Source: Thermoanaerobaculia bacterium
GTDB lineage: Bacteria; Acidobacteriota; Thermoanaerobaculia; Gp7-AA8
Assembly (NCBI GenBank): GCA_035482045.1
Contig: DATHRD010000081.1
Span: 88,149-152,148, forward strand
Reading direction: 5' to 3'
DNA: 64,000 nt
Shown piece after piece: positions 18,940 through 25,716 of this stretch; position 1 is the stretch's first letter; the number at the start of each line of letters is the position of its first letter. The translations under genes were made by a program, and so were the position numbers. The notes below the pieces were generated by a model that ran no database searches, was not told the origin of the DNA, and saw only the letters and a program-made list of their open reading frames with translations.

Positions 18940-19176
18940 TCATGATTTCGCTTGCTCGGCGACCATTGCCTTGGCTTGGCGAGCCAGCAGCGAGCGGTGT
19001 TTCGTAATCGCCGCCCGCTCGATCGCTTCCTGTTCCTGACTCTCGCGGCGCGCCAGGAATTCCAGCAGCGCTTCTCGAACGACCTCCGATCGCTTGCCTC
19101 GCACGCGTCCCTTCTGCGCAAGCCGGTCAAGAGCTCCGAGCGTCGGCTCGTCAATGGAGATTGCAATAGTTTTCAT
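18940..19176 (-). CDS. Ribbon-helix-helix (CopG-like) antitoxin
   Basis: MKTIAISIDEPTLGALDRLAQKG..RSEVVREALLEFL is a typical RHH N-terminus. ATG 19176 is preferred over the upstream ATG 19212. Its stop abuts the toxin gene. Confidence 0.8.
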   Translation of the reverse strand: MKTIAISIDEPTLGALDRLAQKGRVRGKRSEVVREALLEFLARRESQEQEAIERAAITKHRSLLARQAKAMVAEQAKS

Positions 19177-19315
19177 GGTAAGAAGTTTAATAGGTGATTG
19201 TTGGGGCCGCAAGCGGACGATCCGACACGCCGGCGAAGGCGATCGATCGCGATCTTGCTGGAGCGCAGGTCATGACGCTCGAAGGCGGCGGTTTCTTCGC
19301 TATCCTTCGCTGCGC

Positions 19316-19792
19316 ATGAACCCCTCCGAGGTGACTCTTCGTCCCGCGTCCGACGCCGACTACGACTTCATGCGCGGTCTCTATGCCGCCACGCGTGCCG
19401 AGGAGATGGAGCGCTTTCCTTTCGATGAAGCGCAAAAGCGGGTCTTTCTCGATCAGCAGTTTGCCGCGCAGTTCGAGCACTACGGCATTCACTATCCGAC
19501 GTGCGAACGGAACATCGTCGAGCAAGGCGGCGTGCCCATCGGCCGGCTCTGGGTCGATGAATGGCGCGACCAGATCCGCATCGTCGACATCGCCCTGCTG
19601 CCGGAACACCGAGGGGGCGGCATCGGCTCGCTGCTGCTGCACCAGGTACTCGACCGCGGTAACGCAGCCGGCAAGCCCGTCACGATTCACGTCGAGGCCT
19701 TCAACCCCGCCCTCCGCCTCTACCAGCGCCTCGGCTTCGAGCAGGTCGATACGAACGGGGTCTACTACCTCATGCGCCGGGCGCCCCGGTAG
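19316..19792 (+). CDS. GNAT-family N-acetyltransferase
   Basis: ATG 19316 (MNPSEVTLRPASDADYDFM..). Acetyl-CoA-binding motif IALLPEHRGGGIGSLLLHQVL and C-terminal ALRLYQRLGFEQV. The long upstream extension of ORF 19094 overlaps the antitoxin promoter region and is unlikely to be coding. Confidence 0.85.
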   Translation: MNPSEVTLRPASDADYDFMRGLYAATRAEEMERFPFDEAQKRVFLDQQFAAQFEHYGIHYPTCERNIVEQGGVPIGRLWVDEWRDQIRIVDIALLPEHRGGGIGSLLLHQVLDRGNAAGKPVTIHVEAFNPALRLYQRLGFEQVDTNGVYYLMRRAPR

Positions 19793-19795
19793 GGC

Positions 19796-20089
19796 TCAGG
19801 TGAAGACCGCTTCGTATTTGAAGCCGCTCGCGTCCGGCCCGATCGGAACCAGGAAGAGGTCGAGCGGCTCCGGAAACGCGTCGTGTGTCAGACGGTAGAT
19901 CTGTTGCGGCAGGAGGAGAGGGCCGAGGAAGTAGAGTGAGAACGCCGTCCGCTTCAGCCGCGCCGCCTCGCTCGCCATCACCCGCGCCGCCCGCGTGAGC
20001 CGCAACTCCACATTGTGGCCGCTCTCATGGAGCCAGAACGAGGTACCGACGTGAGGTTCGAACGATTCGATGGTGAGCGTGTCGAGCAT
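19796..20089 (-). CDS. Small conserved hypothetical protein (97 aa)
   Basis: MLDTLTIESFEPHVGTSFWL...FSLYFLGPLLLPQQIYRLTHDAFPEPLDLFLVPIG..FKYEAVFT. Globular-looking composition. It lies 17 bp downstream of, and co-oriented with, the ATPase gene. Confidence 0.6.
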   Translation of the reverse strand: MLDTLTIESFEPHVGTSFWLHESGHNVELRLTRAARVMASEAARLKRTAFSLYFLGPLLLPQQIYRLTHDAFPEPLDLFLVPIGPDASGFKYEAVFT

Positions 20090-20106
20090 GTCGAGTCATT
20101 TTACAG

Positions 20107-21225
20107 TCACACGAGCGTTTCCAGGAGACGCAGCGCGTGCGACACCCGAATCCCCGCGCTACTCTGATAGTCCTTCGTTCCGATGGCCGACACCTGCCAT
20201 GCCGCCGCATCGGGGAACTTCGCCCTGAGGTAATGAAGGCTCTTATCGATGGGCGCGTCTGCCCATTTGCATTCGACGAGCAGAACTGGCTTCGTTCGTT
20301 CGGTGACGACGAAGTCGACCTCACGACCGTCGATGTCCCGGAAGTAGCGAAGCTCCAGATCCCGCCCCTGCGTGTCCTGTTCGAAGTGAACCCATTTCAA
20401 GAGATGCGATGCCACGAGGTTCTCGAACCTCGCCGCGTCTTCCGGCACGAGGGACCAATCGAAGTGGTAGTGCTTCTGCTCCTTCTTCACGGCGCGAATC
20501 CGAGGCGCACCGAAGGGAGCCAGCCGGAAAACGGCGTAGAGCCTCTCCAGCGCTTGAATCCAGGATGACAAGGCCTTGTGGCTGACCTGCAGATCTTCGC
20601 GCAGGGCGTTGATCGACAAAGGAGACCCGACAAGATCCGGAAGGCGCAGCATGAGGAGCTCGAGATGACCGAGATCCTGAATCCGCTCAAGCGATACGAC
20701 ATCCTCGCGGATCAGTCGGGTGCGGTATTCGCGAGACCAGCGTCGGGCCTGAATTTCATTGCCGCCGAGGAACGGTTCGGGAAAACCACCGAGTCGGAGA
20801 AGCTGCTCGAACCCGTCACGATCGCGGATTCGCTGTTCGGCGACCGAGAAAGGGTGAAGATGAAGAAGGTGGTAGCGGCCCTGCAGCGAGTCCCCGCCGA
20901 ATCGATAGAGGTCAAGCCTTCCGCTGCCTGTGACCACGATCTTTTGACCGGGCGGGCGCCCGTCGTAGATCCCCTTCAGGTAGTTTCGCCAGCGGCGATA
21001 TTTGTGCAGTTCATCGAAAATCCAGAGCTTGCCCGTGGGGAGCTCATTCCTTAGAATTTTCTCGCGGTGTCCCGATATGTCCCAATTGAGATAACCCCTG
21101 GCCGCGCCGGGAAGCGATAAGGCGACCGTGGTCTTGCCAACCTGACGAGGTCCGGCCACGAACACCATCTTGCGCCTCAGGTCGGCGTGAATCTGCGCGG
21201 AGAGATACCTGCGTTTCGCGGCCAT
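20107..21225 (-). CDS. ATP-binding protein, AAA_14 + DUF4143-type architecture
   Basis: Walker A GPRQVGKTT and Walker B-like LWIFDELHK. The C-terminal half (..HYHFDWSLV..LENLVASHLLKW..LRYFRD.DGREVDFVV) is typical of the DUF4143 ATPase family (expected PF13173/PF13635). Confidence 0.85.
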   Translation of the reverse strand: MAAKRRYLSAQIHADLRRKMVFVAGPRQVGKTTVALSLPGAARGYLNWDISGHREKILRNELPTGKLWIFDELHKYRRWRNYLKGIYDGRPPGQKIVVTGSGRLDLYRFGGDSLQGRYHLLHLHPFSVAEQRIRDRDGFEQLLRLGGFPEPFLGGNEIQARRWSREYRTRLIREDVVSLERIQDLGHLELLMLRLPDLVGSPLSINALREDLQVSHKALSSWIQALERLYAVFRLAPFGAPRIRAVKKEQKHYHFDWSLVPEDAARFENLVASHLLKWVHFEQDTQGRDLELRYFRDIDGREVDFVVTERTKPVLLVECKWADAPIDKSLHYLRAKFPDAAAWQVSAIGTKDYQSSAGIRVSHALRLLETLV

Positions 21226-21247
21226 GAGCCGTTGTGACGATACGGGT

Positions 21248-21291
21248 ATTTTTGACTGGAGTCAAAAATAGCGGCAGGATTATTTGACTGG
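21248..21291. promoter_or_regulatory. Candidate operator in a divergent promoter region: 10-bp inverted repeat plus a third half-site
   Basis: ATTTTTGACT-GG-AGTCAAAAAT (21248-21269) has perfect 10-bp arms. A related half-site TTATTTGACTGG lies at 21280-21291. Both lie between divergent starts 21225 (-) and 21326 (+). Confidence 0.4.
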
Positions 21292-21325
21292 CTGCAACCG
21301 AATACCCATCTACAATAGCTCCTGC

Positions 21326-22405
21326 ATGGACCCCTTCCCCCTCCGGCCGCGCGAGGTCTTCGAGGAGCTGAGCAAGACCGTCGTCGGGCAGGATGAGGCC
21401 ATCCGCGAGCTGTCCGTCGCCATCGTCAAGCACCTCGTCGGCCATCCGGCGCCGAACATCCTGATGATCGGCAACTCCGGCTCCGGGAAGACGACCCTTA
21501 TGCGCGCGGTCGAGCACTTTCTGGCCAGCCGGTCTGATCTGAGCCACTCCGCGAACGTCATCCGCATCAACGCCAATGTTCTGGCCGAGGAGCATCAGGG
21601 GTATGGGCGGGCCGTTCTGGGCAGGCTCTTCTCGAACGCCAGAACCATCCTGGGCGTGAACGCGCCGATGCCCGACCTGCTCCGCTCCGTCGAACACGGC
21701 ATCGTCTTCATCGATGAGGTCGACAAGATCCGCGCCCAGGTCAGCGGGGATCCGAACGTGCGCGGCATCGTGGCGCAGGAAGCGCTGCTCACGCTGATGG
21801 AGAACGAGAACGTCGAGTTCGAAGTGAGCGGCATGACCTTCGGCGTCAATTCGTCCAACGTGCTCTTCATCGTCGGCGGCGCCTTCGAGGAGTTGTACGA
21901 GGCCGTCTTCCGCCGGGCCACCATTGGCCAGGACGTCGCGCCGATGAAGCCGATCGTGGTCGTCTCCGCGTCCGGCGAGGTCCGCGAGGAGTTGCCCTTT
22001 CATCTGCGGGACTACCTGAAATACGAAGACCTTTTCCGTTACGGCATGACCCCGCAGTTCGTCTCCCGCTTCGAATCGATCGTCGTGCTCAACGATCTGG
22101 CGGAGTCCGACCTGGCGCGTATCTTCGTCGAGCCCGAGGCGTCGATCTTCCGCACCTCGCGGGCTTACTTCCTGCGCTTCGGCATCGACCTGCAGATCAC
22201 GCGCGGCGCGCTGATCGCCATCGCCTGGGATGCCGCCCGCCAGAAACGCCTCGGCGCGCGCGCGCTGCGCGAGACCTTTCGCCGCGTGATCGGCGGCCTC
22301 GAGTTCGATCCCGCCGACGCCGGCTCGCGCGTCATCACCGTCGACGAGGCCATGGTCAAACAATCCATCGCCGGCCGCGAGCAGGGGACACCTCGGCCGC
22401 GATGA
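21326..22405 (+). CDS. ClpX/HslU-like AAA+ ATPase lacking a zinc-finger N-domain
   Basis: ATG 21326 is preferred over TTG 21284. VVGQDEAIRELSVAIVKHL...NILMIGNSGSGKTTLMRAVE (Walker A), GIVFIDEVDKI (Walker B), LFIVGGAF and sensor-2-like GARALRETF are collinear with ClpX. No CxxC zinc-binding domain and no IGF-type loop is visible. Confidence 0.8.
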   Translation: MDPFPLRPREVFEELSKTVVGQDEAIRELSVAIVKHLVGHPAPNILMIGNSGSGKTTLMRAVEHFLASRSDLSHSANVIRINANVLAEEHQGYGRAVLGRLFSNARTILGVNAPMPDLLRSVEHGIVFIDEVDKIRAQVSGDPNVRGIVAQEALLTLMENENVEFEVSGMTFGVNSSNVLFIVGGAFEELYEAVFRRATIGQDVAPMKPIVVVSASGEVREELPFHLRDYLKYEDLFRYGMTPQFVSRFESIVVLNDLAESDLARIFVEPEASIFRTSRAYFLRFGIDLQITRGALIAIAWDAARQKRLGARALRETFRRVIGGLEFDPADAGSRVITVDEAMVKQSIAGREQGTPRPR

Positions 22406-24381
22406 TCCGATCTCGGCTCCTGGCCAACCTCCTGGCCGTTCTCATGGTTTTCGCCGGCGCTGCCGCGGCTTCGGCAAGCGCCGTCTTCGTCGACAACCGG
22501 GCCACACCAGGAGGCAACGGCAGCCATCAGTGGCCGTTCACCACGATCGGGCAGGCCGTCCAGGCCGGCGCAGTCATCTACGTTGCGGAATCGGGTACGC
22601 CCTACGTCGAGAGCGTTACGCTGAGGAAGGGGCAGATGCTCATCGGCTCCGCCTTCGGCCTCGACGCCGCCCGCGTCGAATTTCATGCCGACATCGGCAC
22701 CGATAGCGTTCCAGCGGTACAGGGCCCCGGGCCGGCCATCCGCGGAACCATCGCCACCAGCGGCGATAACGTCATCGCCGGCTGTACGGTTTTTGCCGAC
22801 GGCATGAGCGGGATCTTCGGGAGCGGCGCCATCGGGGCGTTGACCGTTCGCAACGTCTACATCAAGAGCTCCCGGGCCGGATTCGCCATCTACCTGCTGG
22901 GGCAGCAGGGCAAGGTGAACATCTCCGGCGGAGCGATCGACGCCGCGGATCGGGGGAGCGGGATCGGTCTGGAGGGCGGCTACGGCGACGTCGTGATCGA
23001 CCGCGTGCCGATCTCCGGCGAGTTCAATTCGGCCCTTCGGATCCAAGGACGCAATTCCGGGACCGTCACCTTCCGCCGCGGCTCGAAGCTGCACGTGCGA
23101 GACGCCTTCGATGACGCGATCGTCATCGCCGGTATTGAGCGTCCCGCTGCCGTCATATTCGAGGACACGATCGAAGTGCGCGGGCGCAGGCGGGGACTGG
23201 TGGTCAACAAGGTGGCCAAGCTCGTCATCGGCGGCGCCTCCACCCTGAGCACCGCCAACGCCGCGGCACTCGAGGTGCATGACTTCGGGGGCGAGCTTTC
23301 GTTCGAGTCGGTATCGGCGGAAGGAGTGGCGCCGGGGACTCTCGACGACGGGATCATCCTCGACGGTGTCCACGGGAAGGTTTCGATCACCGGTCTTGAT
23401 GGGAAGCCTGGAACCGGCGGCGCCATTCAGCACGCACGTGGCAACGGCATGCGCATCGTCCAATCGAGCAACGTCCGCATCACCGGGATCACGCTCACCG
23501 GCAGCGGCGTCAACACGCCGTTGCGCGGCGTCCGGTGTGCCGGCGATTTCCAGGTGAACTCGACCGCCATCTGCCACGCCGCGCTCTACCTGCGTCACAT
23601 CAGCGATTCGGCGTTCGAGAACATCGTCGTCGACGGTGGCGGCGCCATGGGTATCAATGCCAACAACATTCGCGACGTTACCTTCGGCGGACTGGACGTC
23701 CATGGCGCCGGCAACGAGACGTTCGAGAGCGGTGTGCTGCTGCAGGAAGCGGGCGGCACGGTCACGTTCAGCCGTTCCTCGTTCGTCGACAACGCCGGCA
23801 GCGAGATGCTGATCGAGCAGCGCTTCAATAGCGGCCGGATCGTTCTCGACCGCTGCGTGCTCGCCGCAACAGGACGCCCCGAGGTTGCGCCGCACTTGCT
23901 GGAGGTGCGCACCTTCGGTACCTCCAGAATCAACGTCGAGCTGCGCAGCGCCGAGCTCAAAGACAACCTCGGATCGGCGATTGACGCGGCGGCCGCCGAA
24001 AAGAGCTTTCTTTCCGTCGATACCAGCGACTCGTCGTTGCAGCACTTCGGCCACGGCGTCGTGACAGTCGCGTCGGTGCAGAATGGGAACGCCGGGCTGA
24101 TTCTGCGAAACAACTCCGTCGTGGCGCTGGTGTCCGACCGCGCCTGGGTCGATGTGACCGCGTCCGATGCCGCCACCGCCTGTATCGACCTCGCTGCCAA
24201 CCGTTTCAGCAGCGTGCCGGGAACGGTGATCCACCTCGGGGCCTCCCCGCATTCATCGATACGAGTGATCGGTGCGCCGTCCGGCGACGCCCCGGCCATT
24301 GCGTCGATGATTGGGGCCGCAAACGGCGGAGCGATCGCAGTTGTGGATGGAGCCGTGGCGGCCGTTCCAACTTGCCCTTGA
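22402..24381 (+). CDS. Secreted right-handed beta-helix repeat protein
   Basis: ATGA overlap with the stop of the upstream ATPase gene. Signal peptide MIRSRLLANLLAVLMVFAGAAAASASA. The entry motif VFVDN..G.GS...PFTTIGQAVQAGAVIYV is followed by repeated ~22-25-aa G/V/I/N-rich turns. Confidence 0.75.
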   Translation: MIRSRLLANLLAVLMVFAGAAAASASAVFVDNRATPGGNGSHQWPFTTIGQAVQAGAVIYVAESGTPYVESVTLRKGQMLIGSAFGLDAARVEFHADIGTDSVPAVQGPGPAIRGTIATSGDNVIAGCTVFADGMSGIFGSGAIGALTVRNVYIKSSRAGFAIYLLGQQGKVNISGGAIDAADRGSGIGLEGGYGDVVIDRVPISGEFNSALRIQGRNSGTVTFRRGSKLHVRDAFDDAIVIAGIERPAAVIFEDTIEVRGRRRGLVVNKVAKLVIGGASTLSTANAAALEVHDFGGELSFESVSAEGVAPGTLDDGIILDGVHGKVSITGLDGKPGTGGAIQHARGNGMRIVQSSNVRITGITLTGSGVNTPLRGVRCAGDFQVNSTAICHAALYLRHISDSAFENIVVDGGGAMGINANNIRDVTFGGLDVHGAGNETFESGVLLQEAGGTVTFSRSSFVDNAGSEMLIEQRFNSGRIVLDRCVLAATGRPEVAPHLLEVRTFGTSRINVELRSAELKDNLGSAIDAAAAEKSFLSVDTSDSSLQHFGHGVVTVASVQNGNAGLILRNNSVVALVSDRAWVDVTASDAATACIDLAANRFSSVPGTVIHLGASPHSSIRVIGAPSGDAPAIASMIGAANGGAIAVVDGAVAAVPTCP

Positions 24382-24405
24382 ACTTCTGCCGCGTCGTGCT
24401 AGTAT
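24378..24405 (+). promoter_or_regulatory. Candidate sigma70-type promoter for the Tat-signal protein gene
   Basis: TTGAAC (24378-24383), 16-nt spacer, TAGTAT (24400-24405). It overlaps the stop codon of the beta-helix gene. Confidence 0.4.
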
Positions 24406-24473
24406 CAATAAGTCCAGTCTGCCACGATCCGCGAGTGCGCGATTTAAATGCGCATAGTTCTAATAAAGACATT

Positions 24474-25256
24474 ATGGAGAACCGCATGAAAGCCAAGGGT
24501 GTATCCGAAGGTATTCCACGTCGCGAGTTCCTCCGCATCAGTTCTGTCGCCGCGCTCGGCGTTGCTGTCGTCGGCGTCAGCGAACGGAGCCTCTTCGCCG
24601 CAAGCAGTTCGGGGATCGTGCCCTTGATGGATGTCGGGTACGCACCGTCGCTTCCGGCAGCCGGCTATTCGGTTCCACTGGCCAGTGCGTCCTCCATCCT
24701 CAGCCCCGACCCTCGCTTCATCAGTTCCGGCGCTCGTGTCTCCGTCGTCGGCGCCGTGCGTGCCGCCAGCCACAGGAACGCTCCCGGGGGCATCGCCGTC
24801 GATGCTCTCTTCCCGGTGTCGCACCGCGCGCCCGAGGATCCGTCTCACTATCGATTCTTCTCAATCGCCGGCCGTCCCGACGTCGACGCGATCAGCGGAC
24901 CGCTCAGCTTCACGATTCAAACGCCTGCCACTAACGGTGTGTCGCTTCTGGTCAGGCGTCAGCGGCCCTCCAACCAGCCGGATTCATCGACGCCGCCGCC
25001 GATCGAGACCGAGGCATCGCCCCTGACGCTGTCCCTCGGCAATGTGGCCGGACCGAAGCTCACCCGCGGTGTCTACGCCCTTGCCTTCCGCGAGGAAGAC
25101 GGCGATGGCATGCCGAGCTGGGGCCGCATGGCCATCGCACCGGCGAACGGCGGATACATCATCTCCGGGGCGACCTTCTCGTACCTCCTGCTGAACGTCG
25201 ACTACGCCGAGGCCGCAGTAGCAGCTCCGGATCGTCGCCGGGCGGCGGGACGGTAG
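24474..25256 (+). CDS. Hypothetical exported protein with twin-arginine (Tat) signal
   Basis: MENRMKAKGVSEGIPRREFLRISSVAALGVAVVG has the RRxFL Tat motif followed by an h-region. Start ATG 24474 or 24486. Confidence 0.65.
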   Translation: MENRMKAKGVSEGIPRREFLRISSVAALGVAVVGVSERSLFAASSSGIVPLMDVGYAPSLPAAGYSVPLASASSILSPDPRFISSGARVSVVGAVRAASHRNAPGGIAVDALFPVSHRAPEDPSHYRFFSIAGRPDVDAISGPLSFTIQTPATNGVSLLVRRQRPSNQPDSSTPPPIETEASPLTLSLGNVAGPKLTRGVYALAFREEDGDGMPSWGRMAIAPANGGYIISGATFSYLLLNVDYAEAAVAAPDRRRAAGR

Positions 25257-25297
25257 GACGGCGCTGCAGGCCTCCGAGATCCCGGCGAGAGATCCTG

Positions 25298-25710
25298 AGT
25301 CTCTAGCGTGAGACACTCCGAGTCCTAAGCTGAGACCCGCGAGTCCTAAAAAGGGACTCGCGAGTCCTAAGCAAGAGACCCCCGAGTCCTAAAAAGGGAC
25401 CCGCGAGTTCTAAGCAAGGGACCCGCGAGTCCTAAAAAGGGACCCGCGAGTCCTAAGCAAGAGACCCGCGAGTTCTAAGCATGGGACCCGCGAGTCCTAA
25501 GCAAGAGACCCGCGAGTCCTAAGCAAGAGACCCGCGAGTTCTAAAAAGGGACCCGCGAGTTCTAAGCAAGAGACCTCTGAGTCCTAAGCAGGGGACCCGC
25601 GAGACCTAAGCAAGAGACTCCCGAGTCCTAAAAAGGGACCGGCCAGTCCTAAGCGAGGGAACCGCCGAGTCTTAAGCAAGAAGCCCCCGAGTCTAAAGCG
25701 AGAGTGTCCG
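25298..25710. repeat. Tandem array of about 18-19 copies of a 21/22-bp unit with a palindromic core
   Basis: Unit starts (GAGT..) are at 25320, 25341, 25362, 25384, 25405, 25427, 25448, 25470, 25492, 25514, 25536, 25557, 25579, 25601, 25623, 25644, 25667 and 25689. Two variants occur: GAGTCCTAAGCAAGAGACCCGC (22 bp) and GAGTCCTAAAAAGGGACCCGC (21 bp). Unit junctions form GGAC(Y)CGCGAGTCC, which is a perfect palindrome (GGACTCGCGAGTCC) at ~25355-25368. Copies at both edges are degenerate. Confidence 0.95.
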
Positions 25711-25716
25711 GCTACA

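Noticed and set aside
18940-19792. GNAT/RHH toxin-antitoxin pair (TacT/AtaT-like), formed by the GNAT gene next to the RHH antitoxin.
   Set aside because: The two genes are divergently transcribed rather than forming an antitoxin-toxin operon. The RHH gene is already coupled to a MazF-type toxin.
21044-24252. ORFs 21044..22363 - (439 aa) and 22165..24252 - (695 aa), antisense to the ClpX-like and beta-helix genes.
   Set aside because: They have no recognisable motifs and an Arg/Asp/Gly-rich composition. The sense-strand genes have Walker motifs and a signal peptide.
25298-25710. Possible CRISPR array (regularly spaced ~21-22-bp repeats).
   Set aside because: The units are contiguous with no unique spacers between them. 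The period is too short, no cas genes are present in the window, and the two unit variants simply alternate. It is a tandem (satellite or iteron-like) repeat.
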